A stretch of 44,411 bases of DNA, from assembly GCA_020343435.1 (NCBI GenBank), contig CP070794.1, positions 33,891 through 78,301 on the forward strand, written 5' to 3'. The notes beneath the pieces were generated by a model that was given only the letters and a program-made list of their open reading frames with translations, did no database searches and was not told where the DNA came from. The DNA comes from an archaeon (GTDB lineage Archaea; Nanobdellota; Nanobdellia; Pacearchaeales; UBA284). Every line of letters starts with the position of its first letter. The stretch's first letter is position 1. Made by a program: the position numbers and the translations under genes. Shown here piece by piece: positions 1 through 9,552 of this stretch.

Positions 1-1
1 T

Positions 2-514
2 ATGTTCCCAATCTATAGAATTATCATTTAAGATATCTAGTTTAACAATGCTATCTGAACAAGAGTGAGTTGTAGAACTTGTTCCATCCATTATAAAAGA
101 GAAATCCATTATCTGAACATTACTTCCTTGTATTCTTATTCCAACAAAAGCTTCTTGACCTTTAGTTAATGTCAATGTTTTAGTTAAACTTCCTGATCCT
201 GATGTTGTATATCTTGTAAAACAATTTTCAGGATCACAAGTAAATTGAGCATTTGCTGCTTGTAAAAATTCTAACAAACCCATTCTCCTTTCATCATTCC
301 AAACTTTTCCAAGAACTTCTGTATTTGTTTTTTCATTTATTAAAGAAAAGTTAACAGTTCCTTCTAAAGTATGCTCTGGCCCAAAACCTGAAGCTGAGAG
401 ATTCATAAAAGGGTTTCCTCTATATACTAAGGCATTTGAAGAACTTATTAAGAAAATTCCAATTAAAATTACACTAATTAATATTGCTACTTTCACCTCT
501 TTTTTTGTTTTCAT
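2..514 (-). CDS. Secreted/surface protein, 5' part (runs off the left edge; not in ORF track)
   Basis: ATG at 514 overlaps the TGA of the upstream gene (ATGA). Translates MKTKKEVKVAILISVILIGIFLISSSNALVYRGNPF..., with a signal peptide, and stays open to the window edge. Confidence 0.8.
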   Translation of the reverse strand, partial: MKTKKEVKVAILISVILIGIFLISSSNALVYRGNPFMNLSASGFGPEHTLEGTVNFSLINEKTNTEVLGKVWNDERRMGLLEFLQAANAQFTCDPENCFTRYTTSGSGSLTKTLTLTKGQEAFVGIRIQGSNVQIMDFSFIMDGTSSTTHSCSDSIVKLDILNDNSIDWEH

Positions 515-3500
515 TTTTTTCTCTTAATTAAAAATAAATATATTAATGCTATAAATATTATAGAGATTATGAAATGAATTTTGTCAAAGAAAGGCAATCT
601 CTCAAAACTTAATCCACAAGCTTGACAGGTTGAGTAATTAGTACAGTAATCTGGTGATCTTGCTAATGCTGTTACATTAACATATCTTCCTTTTCTTGTT
701 CCAACCATACAGCCCCCATTTTCAGGACCACATCCACTTGAAAAAGAATTATACTGGCATTCTAATGGATCTTGGTTTCCACCCCCAGTAACTGGATTTT
801 CTGTTGTGAGTAGTTTACATCCTTCATTATCAATCCAACCGCACTTTGTCGAGACTACTTCATAAGTTTGGCCATTAACTTCTCTTCTCCTTCCCATCAT
901 ACTCCTAGCTGCATTTCCATTAATACCAACTTGGCAATGAGTTGAATCTGCATTACAGGAAGTAGGATAATTGTACTGGCTACATTCAGTTATTGTTCTT
1001 TGTCCTTGGTCATAACAAGCATTACATCTTGTTGTTTGATCCCAATAACAGCTACTTTCTTCCAGACAATATCCTATTGTTCCTCTCCCAGAACAATCTT
1101 GAGGAGTTCTTGCAGGTTCACATTGTTGATTTCCATGATTACATATTTGTGAGTTAGGACATCCACAGTAAGTACAATTATTTGAGAATTCACATTCTCC
1201 ATCGTTTCCGCATGAAGCAGGATTACACCAATTAGGTTCTTGGTTAGAACACTCTCCTACAAATACTAAACCAGAACTATCTTCACAAACTGCAATTTTG
1301 AAATTTGTAAAATCTATTGTTGAACTTTGAGTATCAAATGCTGTTAAGTTAGCATAAAATGGCTCTTTTCTTGCTAAACGTTTATCAAATATATGGTATG
1401 TTGTTTTTAAATCACCGTAATTTCCTGAAACATTTTCTTCATCTCCAAAGAACCAAGTTAAGTTGAAATCATTTAATGGGTCATTTATCTTTAGACTTCT
1501 TTGACCATCAAAAGTTACATTTCTTGAATTAACAATCCCTTTTGGAGAATCAATTATTGCACAAGGTTTGTCTGGATCACAGAAATAAATCTTTACTGTA
1601 TCTTCAGCAGTTGTGGTTCCATTAGATATATTATGTTTTAGGTTGTATGCTCCAGGATTTGTTCCTATATATTGTAAGGGTTGCCAACTTACATTTGTAT
1701 TTGTTAAACTAGAACTTATCAAATGCCATACTTGCTGAGATACTCTCTTTATGAACCATTGCCAGGAGATAATCTCACCATGGGTGGAAGTGCTTGTCTG
1801 GTTAAGCCATAGGGTGTCGGTATAGGGCATAGTAAAATAGTCTCCATCATTTGGATGAGTTATTATAGCATTTAATCCAATTAGTGGACCAGATAAAGTG
1901 ATCTCTCCAAAATCATTTGGAGGGTACCCTGTTAACGAGTCTAAGAAACTAGAACTGTTTCTAACTTCAGCCCTATATGCATAAACTTTTTTTCCTGAAC
2001 ACTGTTCTCCCAATCTTTGAAGCGAAACATTTTTTATACAGACTTTTTTACCGCTTGGAGCAGGGTAGTTACAGTCTTCATTATGCAATACTATTCCTGT
2101 TAATAAGAAAGCACAAGAATCTATAGGTATCTGGGATCCAAATGAATCTGAAAGATTGAAGCTTATCCTGTTCAGATTGTTTGTAGTATCCAGACATTCT
2201 GGTTTTAGGGTTACATTTAGAGATATATTATCCCCTTGTTGGCATAAATCCCCTTGAGTGCAGTAAGGGGTTATCTTTGCTTCGTAAATATCACATGTTG
2301 TAGGGGGTCTGACTATTAATCTAGTAGTATTGGATATGGGATTTGGCCATCCTGTTTGTTGTGGCCAAGGATAAGTTATTTCTATAGTTGTAAATCCCTC
2401 TCTTTCTCCTCTAAATTTATATCTTGGTTCTCTTGTATTATTTGCTACTCCCTCATTGTTGGATTTAAAATGAGTCCATCCATAAAATGGAGGGTTATTT
2501 AATGTATAAGATACAGATCTTTTTACCAAATCGTTTACAGCCACCACATAATACTCTATTTCTTCTCCAACCTTTATTTCCGCTTCTTTTGGTGTTATAA
2601 ATAGTTTATTTGCTCCTGGGGGAATGGTGATTGGTTCTCCAGCAAGAGTGAAATTTTTAAAAAAAGTCATTGGTTCTCCAAAAACCCCATGTAACCTTGA
2701 GTTGGGTCTTTGATGAAAAGAAACCCCATAAACTACCATCTCTTTTCCAGAACACCCTACAGGGATCTCCCCAATTGTTAGATTTTTTGTGCATATAGAA
2801 TTAAAACCAAAATCTACGCAATCTTCTTCGTGATCTAGACTTTCTGATAAAATAAATAAAGGACACTCTCCGTTAGATGTAGCAAATATAGTGATATTAT
2901 CAAATTCAAGTCCTCTGCTCCACTCTTCCCAACAGGGTCTTTGAATTTGTTGGTTTCTATAATTATAAAGTTTTGCTTTAACTTCTATTTTATCTCCCCT
3001 TCCACATCCATGTTCTCCACAAAAAGCATTACTTATATGGGTTTGTTGAGAATTTTTTATTATGTAGCAGACTTTGGAAAAATCCCCTACGTTTGTTATT
3101 ATTACTTTTGAAGTGTTAGTTATGCTCGTCCATGTGTTTTTTAGACTATAAGGAAAATTAATTACTATATCATTCCCCGAAGCCCCAGTGGCTGCAGGAA
3201 AATTCCCAACAAATTTATTTTTTTCTTCTGAAGGATCTTCTAAAAAAGGATAAATTAATGCAATGGGAGATCCATGGACAGAACTTTTTATAGAATAATT
3301 AATGAGCTTATTGGTAGATACATCTATCTTACTCCCATCTGAATAATTTGCTTCTACAAATACAAACATTTTAGAAGACTCTTCTTCATAATCTCCAGAT
3401 ATTGCCACGAGTTTTGGGAAAAAGTAGATTGAACTTAATGTGGGAAATGCAGAATCAAACTCAACATCTCCATTTACATTATTAGTACTATTCAATAAAT

Positions 3501-4371
3501 GAGTTTTATTATAAATATCTGCTTGGACACTTCCCGCCAGTTTACCTATGCACTCCCCAGGCAAATAAACTAAAGAATATTCGGCATGATAATTCTCTCC
3601 TTGGAGATTTCCTTCTCCCTCAATATTAATAGAGCAACCGAGACCAGTTAATCTTATGACAATTTCTTTTACGTTTTGACATGTTCCTTCTAATTCAGCA
3701 TCAATAACGAGAGTATCTTCTAAACCACATTTCCCTTCAGGACAAAAGTTTGTTAAACTTGCAGAAGTGATATCACAATACCCCATACAACTTCCTTCTT
3801 GACACGAAGTATGTATCTCTGGATCACAGGCGTTTCCACACCCCCCACAATTATTAAAATCTGTTAAAAGATTGGCTTCACAACCATTATTCCAATTCAT
3901 ATCACAATCATCAAAGTTATTATTGCATAAACAATCCCAATCTTCTGGAGGACCGCTAATCCAACTACATCGAGCATTCCTATTTCCGCTACAATCTTTA
4001 ATAATCTCTCTATGAGTATAATCACATCTTCCATCACTTGGGTTACAATATCCTGTGTATTTGTCTACCACCTTATTCTCAAAGCATTCACGCATACTAA
4101 TGGGCCTACAACAGTTTTTTTCTCTACAATCATCAATTCTTTGTTCTAGATTTCCGTTACACCACCATAAAACTCTATCACATTTGCATTTTGCCCAAAA
4201 AGTGTTCATAAAACATCCTTCCGCATTTTGGCACCACCCATTAGGGTTTATTCCATCAATATTATCACAAACTTCTTCACAAGTATACCCTGCCGATGTA
4301 TTTGGTAAAATTAACACTAAAAGAAGAACAATTAACATAATTATAAATAATATTTTTCCTCTTTTTCCCAT
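511..4371 (-). CDS. Large Cys-rich cell-surface protein with Ig-like/PKD-like domains and a C-terminal membrane anchor
   Basis: Signal peptide; Cys-rich N- and C-terminal regions; PKD-like motifs (IISWQW, FDG..S, LTWFFGD); many NxS/T sequons; ends in LPFF + hydrophobic helix + KRKK. Confidence 0.85.
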   Translation of the reverse strand: MGKRGKILFIIMLIVLLLVLILPNTSAGYTCEEVCDNIDGINPNGWCQNAEGCFMNTFWAKCKCDRVLWWCNGNLEQRIDDCREKNCCRPISMRECFENKVVDKYTGYCNPSDGRCDYTHREIIKDCSGNRNARCSWISGPPEDWDCLCNNNFDDCDMNWNNGCEANLLTDFNNCGGCGNACDPEIHTSCQEGSCMGYCDITSASLTNFCPEGKCGLEDTLVIDAELEGTCQNVKEIVIRLTGLGCSINIEGEGNLQGENYHAEYSLVYLPGECIGKLAGSVQADIYNKTHLLNSTNNVNGDVEFDSAFPTLSSIYFFPKLVAISGDYEEESSKMFVFVEANYSDGSKIDVSTNKLINYSIKSSVHGSPIALIYPFLEDPSEEKNKFVGNFPAATGASGNDIVINFPYSLKNTWTSITNTSKVIITNVGDFSKVCYIIKNSQQTHISNAFCGEHGCGRGDKIEVKAKLYNYRNQQIQRPCWEEWSRGLEFDNITIFATSNGECPLFILSESLDHEEDCVDFGFNSICTKNLTIGEIPVGCSGKEMVVYGVSFHQRPNSRLHGVFGEPMTFFKNFTLAGEPITIPPGANKLFITPKEAEIKVGEEIEYYVVAVNDLVKRSVSYTLNNPPFYGWTHFKSNNEGVANNTREPRYKFRGEREGFTTIEITYPWPQQTGWPNPISNTTRLIVRPPTTCDIYEAKITPYCTQGDLCQQGDNISLNVTLKPECLDTTNNLNRISFNLSDSFGSQIPIDSCAFLLTGIVLHNEDCNYPAPSGKKVCIKNVSLQRLGEQCSGKKVYAYRAEVRNSSSFLDSLTGYPPNDFGEITLSGPLIGLNAIITHPNDGDYFTMPYTDTLWLNQTSTSTHGEIISWQWFIKRVSQQVWHLISSSLTNTNVSWQPLQYIGTNPGAYNLKHNISNGTTTAEDTVKIYFCDPDKPCAIIDSPKGIVNSRNVTFDGQRSLKINDPLNDFNLTWFFGDEENVSGNYGDLKTTYHIFDKRLARKEPFYANLTAFDTQSSTIDFTNFKIAVCEDSSGLVFVGECSNQEPNWCNPASCGNDGECEFSNNCTYCGCPNSQICNHGNQQCEPARTPQDCSGRGTIGYCLEESSCYWDQTTRCNACYDQGQRTITECSQYNYPTSCNADSTHCQVGINGNAARSMMGRRREVNGQTYEVVSTKCGWIDNEGCKLLTTENPVTGGGNQDPLECQYNSFSSGCGPENGGCMVGTRKGRYVNVTALARSPDYCTNYSTCQACGLSFERLPFFDKIHFIISIIFIALIYLFLIKRKK

Positions 4372-4410
4372 CCTGGAATGAGGGTTCTTACCATTTTAAA
4401 CTTTACTAAG

Positions 4411-4418
4411 TTTTATAA
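4411..4418 (+). promoter_or_regulatory. TATA box of the metallophosphoesterase operon (probably leaderless transcript)
   Basis: TTTTATAA ending 22 nt before ATG 4441, in the divergent intergenic region. Confidence 0.55.
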
Positions 4419-4440
4419 GTTCGAATTCTCTTTTTTAAGT

Positions 4441-5112
4441 ATGAAAATACTTGCTATTGGAGATCCACATGGGAAATTACCAAAAAACTTAGGTAAACTT
4501 ATCAAAAAAAATAAACCTGAACTTATTATCTGTACTGGAGAATTACCTGGAGTTATAAGACTAGGAGATGGAACTGGTTTTACTGATGAGAAAAGTTTTA
4601 GATCTATTTTAAAAAAATTAACTTCTTTTAAATTACCCCTTATACTTATGAAAGGGAATAGTTATGTGAGTAGAGAAGGGAGCAAGATTTTTCTTAAAGA
4701 AATCAAAAAATACAGAAACGTTTTTTATAAAAAAACAGGAAGATTCTCTTTTAAAAGCAAGAATTTTATTCTTTTTGATATGGTATTTGAGATTGGGCGT
4801 TCAGCATTTAACAAACTTCTAAAAACTTTATCAAAGGAAAACAAATCAAGAGAAAAAAGATTGAATCAATTACTCAAAAAAACAAAAGATCCTATTTTAA
4901 TTTCCCATGCTCCTCCTTTTGGTTACTTAGATAAAGTCCCAAAAGTTGGCCATGTCGGCTCTAAAATAGTGTTAAGAGCAATAAAAAAACATAAACCAAA
5001 ATTAGTTTTATGTGGCCATATTCATGAGGGAAAAGGAAAGACCAAAATAGGAAAAACTGTGGTTTATAACCTTGGAGAAGGAAGGCATCATAAAATTTTG
5101 AATATAAAATGA
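4441..5112 (+). CDS. Calcineurin-like metallophosphoesterase
   Basis: GDPHG, GNS, SHAPP and GHIHE motifs. Start moved from 4378 to ATG 4441 (MKILAIGD), downstream of the TATA box. Confidence 0.85.
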   Translation: MKILAIGDPHGKLPKNLGKLIKKNKPELIICTGELPGVIRLGDGTGFTDEKSFRSILKKLTSFKLPLILMKGNSYVSREGSKIFLKEIKKYRNVFYKKTGRFSFKSKNFILFDMVFEIGRSAFNKLLKTLSKENKSREKRLNQLLKKTKDPILISHAPPFGYLDKVPKVGHVGSKIVLRAIKKHKPKLVLCGHIHEGKGKTKIGKTVVYNLGEGRHHKILNIK

Positions 5113-6038
5113 GAATATTAGTAATAGGAGACTTTCATGGGCATATGCCTGTTTTTTTAAACAAAATTTTCAAAAAAGAGAAACCAGATTTAATAGTTTC
5201 ACAAGGAGATTTCTCTGGGAATGATCGGATTAGTAAAATATTTTTTAAGTATTATTATGCGAAAAATAGTAGAGAAAGAAAAAAAATTCCTAAAAAAATA
5301 AGAAACCTTAAAATAAAATTGGAAAGAAAAAGTGTCGAATCTGGAATTGCTATTTTAAAGAAATTTAAGAAATTAAAAAAACCTTTTTATGCTATAAGGG
5401 GAAATTGGGATCCTGTTCCATATCAGTGGTATTATGATATTGGTGGGGATTCACAGATTGAAAAAGATCCTTACTTAAATAAATTCAATAGAGTATTTGA
5501 AAAAGGATTTGAACTTATTGATTTTAAATTCAAAGATCTAAAAGATTTTGTTATTGTTGCAGGATCTTCTTCTACACATCCTGGAAAGATAGATAAAAAA
5601 TCTTTAAACAGATTTTTGAATAAATATAAAGAGACAGATCCGGTCTATGCTAAAAGAAGAATAGAGATTAAAAAGAGACAGTATCATCTTAGGGAAAAAA
5701 GACTCATCAAAGCATTTCAAAAAGCAAGGAAAAGTAAAAAACTAACTATTTTTTTAACTCACAATATCCCATATAACACAAAACTTGATGTAATAATGGC
5801 CAAGAACGCAGATAAGCGGGCTAAAGGACAACATTATGGTTCTTATCTTGATAAAGTAATGATAAAAAGATTTAAACCAAACCTTGTTATTTGTGGACAT
5901 ATGCATGAGAATCCTGGAATCATCAAGATAGGAAAAACAACTGTTGTGAATCCAGGAGCTTCATTAGATAAAAGATATGCTGTTATTGAATTAGGGAAAA
6001 ATAAAATTAAGTCTGTTAAATTAAGGAGGGTAAAATGA
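5109..6038 (+). CDS. Calcineurin-like metallophosphoesterase (paralog)
   Basis: GDFHG, GD, GNWD, THNIP and GHMHE motifs; ATGA overlaps at both ends. Confidence 0.88.
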   Translation: MRILVIGDFHGHMPVFLNKIFKKEKPDLIVSQGDFSGNDRISKIFFKYYYAKNSRERKKIPKKIRNLKIKLERKSVESGIAILKKFKKLKKPFYAIRGNWDPVPYQWYYDIGGDSQIEKDPYLNKFNRVFEKGFELIDFKFKDLKDFVIVAGSSSTHPGKIDKKSLNRFLNKYKETDPVYAKRRIEIKKRQYHLREKRLIKAFQKARKSKKLTIFLTHNIPYNTKLDVIMAKNADKRAKGQHYGSYLDKVMIKRFKPNLVICGHMHENPGIIKIGKTTVVNPGASLDKRYAVIELGKNKIKSVKLRRVK

Positions 6039-6424
6039 GCATAAAATATCATGAAGCTGAAGATATAAAAGAAAAAGTTAGGAAAATTGTAGATGTTCTT
6101 GGAATGAATCATATTCAGTTACATCGGATTTTTTGTATTAGGAGTAAAAGATCTTCTAGTAGAAACATAATAGCAAGATGTCATGCTTTACCAAAGATTC
6201 TACAACAGGTTTTAGAGATAGAACCAGCTTATGTTATAGAGATATTATCTGAAAAATTTGATAAAATGTCTGAAGAAGAGCAGATTAAGACCTTGATTCA
6301 TGAAGTCTTACATATTCCCAAGACTTTTGGAGGAGGGTTCAGACACCATAACTATGTGAGAAAAGGAACTATTGATAAATTTTACAGGGAGTTTAAAAGA
6401 AATGAATTTAAACCTCAGATATAA
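6035..6424 (+). CDS. Putative zincin-like metallopeptidase
   Basis: HEVLH (HExxH) followed by GGGFRHH; resembles a small conserved archaeal metallopeptidase family. Confidence 0.75.
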   Translation: MSIKYHEAEDIKEKVRKIVDVLGMNHIQLHRIFCIRSKRSSSRNIIARCHALPKILQQVLEIEPAYVIEILSEKFDKMSEEEQIKTLIHEVLHIPKTFGGGFRHHNYVRKGTIDKFYREFKRNEFKPQI

Positions 6425-6800
6425 AAATAAATCTATTAAAATAAATTGTAAAGTTTTAAAAGAATCTAGTTCTCAGGGTCTGGGATTAATGTTTCAGCCT
6501 TATAATAAAGCTAAAAATCTGTTATTTACCTTCGAGAAACCAAGAAAAGTTTCAATAACTACTTTTTTTTGTTTTTTTCCTATCTTAGTTATATATTTCA
6601 AAGATAAAAAGATCTTAGGTTATAAAATTGCTAAGACATTTCGATGGACTATTCCTTTCAAAAAGAAGATTGACAGCTTTCTAGAGGTGCCATTGACGAG
6701 TAGAGAAACAGAGAAATTAACCAAGATCAGAGGCCTTTCTAATTTGTTCAAAGCTATCCCTCGATTGGGCAAGGTCTCTCGTCGAGGACGAAAGGTTTAA
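6402..6800 (+). CDS. DUF192 family protein
   Basis: GLGLMF, LLFTF, FFCFFPI and LEVP pattern typical of DUF192. Likely start is ATG 6402. Confidence 0.65.
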   Translation: MNLNLRYKNKSIKINCKVLKESSSQGLGLMFQPYNKAKNLLFTFEKPRKVSITTFFCFFPILVIYFKDKKILGYKIAKTFRWTIPFKKKIDSFLEVPLTSRETEKLTKIRGLSNLFKAIPRLGKVSRRGRKV

Positions 6801-6861
6801 ATACTTTTTACACTATACTTTATCGTTATAAATGATTAAAAATTTTTAAAAGGAGGTTAAA

Positions 6862-7026
6862 ATGGGGAAAGTTATCGTCAAGAAAGTTGTCAAGAGAAAG
6901 AAAGGATACCTTTACTATGTAGATGGAAAAGGAAACGTATGTGAAGCAAAGATGGCTAGAGGCGGAAAGAAACGAAAGAAGAAAACAAAGAAAAGAAAGG
7001 CAAAGAGAAGAAAGAAAAGAAGGTAA
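6862..7026 (+). CDS. Small basic protein (54 aa), putative nucleic-acid-binding; not in ORF track
   Basis: MGKVIVKKVVKRKKGYLYYVDGKGNVCEAKMARGGKKRKKKTKKRKAKRRKKRR. AGGAGG Shine-Dalgarno at 6851, upstream BRE/TATA (GAAAGGTTTAAATA ~6790-6803), T-rich tract downstream. Confidence 0.85.
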   Translation: MGKVIVKKVVKRKKGYLYYVDGKGNVCEAKMARGGKKRKKKTKKRKAKRRKKRR

Positions 7027-7035
7027 ATGGGCCTT

Positions 7036-7072
7036 AATTTAATTTTTTAATTATTTTTTCTTTTTATTTTTT
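7036..7072 (+). terminator. Oligo-T terminator
   Basis: Several T runs immediately after the stop at 7026. Confidence 0.5.
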
Positions 7073-7108
7073 AGTTAATATTTTAAATCTAGAATTCTTG
7101 TTTTTATT

Positions 7109-8080
7109 ATGATAGTTTTAGGAATAGAATCTACAGCACACACTTTTGGAATCTCAATTCTTAAGGATAAAAAATTCTTATGTAATTTAAGAGATATGTA
7201 TACTACAAAAAAAGGAGGGATTATTTTAGATGATGCTACAAAACATCATAGAAAAGTTGCTAATTCTCTATATGAAAAAGCTTTGAAACAATCTAAGATC
7301 AAAGAAAATCAAATTAATGTTATTGCTTACTCAAATGCTCCTGGTTTAGCTCCTTGTTTAATTGCTGGAAGAGATTTTGCTAAAAAATTAGCTTTAAAAT
7401 TAAAAGTTCCTCTAGTTCCTGTTAATCATTGTATTGCTCATCTTGAGATTGGAGAGATAACTAGAGCAAAAGATGCTGTTTTATTATATTGTTCTGGAGC
7501 AAATACACAAGTTATTGCTTATGCTTCTGGAAAATACAGAGTTTTTGGAGAGACTTTAGATATTGGTGTTGGTAATTTTATTGATGCTTTTGCAAGAACA
7601 GCTGGTTTAGGTTTTCCTGCAGGACCCAAAATAGGAGAATTAGCTAAGAAAAGCAAAAAGTTTATTGAATTACCTTATAATGTTAAAGGAATGGATGTTG
7701 CTTTTTCTGGTTTATTAACTAATCTAAAACAGAGGTTAGGGAAGTATGAACTAGAAGATTTGTCTTTTTCATTACAAGAAACTGCTTTTGCAATGTTAAT
7801 TGAAGTTGCTGAAAGAGCTATGGCCCATTTGAACAAAAAAGAATTGCTTCTTGGAGGAGGAGTTGCTTGCAATAAAAGATTACAACAAATGGCTAAGATA
7901 ATGTGTAAAGAAAGAAAAGCAAAATTCTTTGTTCCAGAAAAAGAATTCTTAGTTGATAATGCTGGAATGATTGCTTGGTTAGGAAAAAAGATGTTTAAGA
8001 AAGGAATTAAGATTAATCCCAAACGATCTGATATTGATCCAAGACAGAGAACTGATGATGTAAATGTTACTTGGAAATAA
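7109..8080 (+). CDS. kae1: tRNA N6-threonylcarbamoyltransferase Kae1 (KEOPS)
   Basis: LGIESTAHT, NHCIAHLE, GETLDIGVGN, GGVACN, DNAGMIA and C-terminal RTDDV..W. Confidence 0.96.
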   Translation: MIVLGIESTAHTFGISILKDKKFLCNLRDMYTTKKGGIILDDATKHHRKVANSLYEKALKQSKIKENQINVIAYSNAPGLAPCLIAGRDFAKKLALKLKVPLVPVNHCIAHLEIGEITRAKDAVLLYCSGANTQVIAYASGKYRVFGETLDIGVGNFIDAFARTAGLGFPAGPKIGELAKKSKKFIELPYNVKGMDVAFSGLLTNLKQRLGKYELEDLSFSLQETAFAMLIEVAERAMAHLNKKELLLGGGVACNKRLQQMAKIMCKERKAKFFVPEKEFLVDNAGMIAWLGKKMFKKGIKINPKRSDIDPRQRTDDVNVTWK

Positions 8081-8840
8081 GAAACTGTCTTGCTTGTCTT
8101 TCCATTTCTCTTTCAGTAATTCTTGGGATATACCACCTTGTTTTCATTAAACAAGTGTCATAATCCCAATGCCATCTTTCAGTTTTCCATTTAGGATCTT
8201 CCACCCCCAAAGGATTTGAGAATCCGAATCCCTTGGCATTTTGATGCAACCATTGATATGCTGGGTCTTCTCTAGAAACTATTCTTTCTTCATCCTCTCC
8301 ATTTTCATATCTTAAATCTAAGGCCATTCCAGTGTGGTGTCTACTATATCCAGCTTTTGCTGCACCTTTCTTTTCTCCATTTCTTTTTTGAACATTCCAA
8401 CTGTTTTGTTCTATAAAGTTTCTATATCCAGAAACAAGTTTTAGATTGATTCCATCTTTTTTTGCAGAGTCTGCCATATCTATAAATGCTTCTGCAACAG
8501 GTTCTAGTAAACAGAACTCATTTGGGGTATTCGCATACTTTTTTCTTTTAGTACAATATTCTTGAGGAAGCTTAACTAATTCAGGCCATCTTACCCCCCC
8601 TTGTCTCATTAATCTTATCCTAGATTCTGTTCCATAATGCAACCGTTGTAATCTCCTTAAAGAATAATTATTAATCCCAGACAATTCAACTCTTGGGTCT
8701 AAACTTTGTGGATGTTGAAAGTATTGTGTTGCTGGAGGAACTCTTACAAACTCTTCTAATTCTACCTGCTTGGTCTTTGCAGCAGGAATACTGGATAAAG
8801 CCAGCAAACTAGCAAGCAAAAAAAGAGGAATTATTTTCAT
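8067..8840 (-). CDS. Secreted M15B (VanY-like) D-Ala-D-Ala / L,D-carboxypeptidase
   Basis: Signal peptide MKIIPLFLLASLLALSSIPAA; SGYR..Q, SRHHTGMALD (SxHxxGxAxD), WL..NA..FGF and ERWHW (ExWH). Confidence 0.88.
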   Translation of the reverse strand: MKIIPLFLLASLLALSSIPAAKTKQVELEEFVRVPPATQYFQHPQSLDPRVELSGINNYSLRRLQRLHYGTESRIRLMRQGGVRWPELVKLPQEYCTKRKKYANTPNEFCLLEPVAEAFIDMADSAKKDGINLKLVSGYRNFIEQNSWNVQKRNGEKKGAAKAGYSRHHTGMALDLRYENGEDEERIVSREDPAYQWLHQNAKGFGFSNPLGVEDPKWKTERWHWDYDTCLMKTRWYIPRITEREMERQARQFLISK

Positions 8841-8935
8841 TTTAGTACTTAACAACTTAAGAAAGGTTTTTAAACCTTACTTATTAGAAATATACAATTA
8901 AAACCAATGAAAAATATGAATTTGGAGGTCAAAAA

Positions 8936-9250
8936 ATGGTTTCTGTTTATGAGCTAGTAGAACTTGCAAAGAAAACAGGCAAAATAGAGAAAGGTACTAA
9001 CGAAACAACCAAGGCTGTAGAGAGAAAAGTAGCTAAGTTTGTTGTCATTGCAGAAGATGTTAATCCAAAAGAATTAACACAACATCTACCAAAGCTTTGT
9101 GATGAGGCTGGAATTCCTTATACCACTGCAGATAGTAGAAAAAAATTAGGAGTTTCTGTAGGAATTAATGTACCTACTGCTGCTTTAGCTATTGTTGAAG
9201 CAGGAGATGCACAAAAACACTTTGCAGAGTTCACTAAAAAGAAAAAATAA
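8936..9250 (+). CDS. rpl7ae: 50S ribosomal protein L7Ae
   Basis: KGTNETTKAVER, IAEDV.P; GGAGGT Shine-Dalgarno; synteny with S28e and L24e. Confidence 0.95.
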   Translation: MVSVYELVELAKKTGKIEKGTNETTKAVERKVAKFVVIAEDVNPKELTQHLPKLCDEAGIPYTTADSRKKLGVSVGINVPTAALAIVEAGDAQKHFAEFTKKKK

Positions 9251-9260
9251 ATTTTAAAGA

Positions 9261-9551
9261 ATGGGAAGTAGGAAAAGGCAAAAAGCCAAGGATGGTAAAG
9301 GAGCTGAATTTAAAGGTTTGTCTACTGGTGAAGCTGTTCCCGCAGTAGTTGAAGAATTAATTGGAAGAACTGGTTTTAGAGGAGAATTAACTCAAGTGAG
9401 AGTTAAGATTCTAGATGGTCCTGAACAAGGAAAAACAATGAGGAGAAATGTTAAAGGGCCAATAAAAGTTAATGATCTATTAATGTTAAGAGAAACTCAA
9501 ATTGAGGCAAGAAGAATAAGAAGTAAAGTTATGAAAGGAGCTTTTACATAA
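9261..9551 (+). CDS. rps28e: 30S ribosomal protein S28e (with basic N-terminal extension)
   Basis: GRTG..GE.TQVRV, RNVKGP, L.ET..EAR motifs. Confidence 0.93.
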   Translation: MGSRKRQKAKDGKGAEFKGLSTGEAVPAVVEELIGRTGFRGELTQVRVKILDGPEQGKTMRRNVKGPIKVNDLLMLRETQIEARRIRSKVMKGAFT

Positions 9552-9552
9552 A

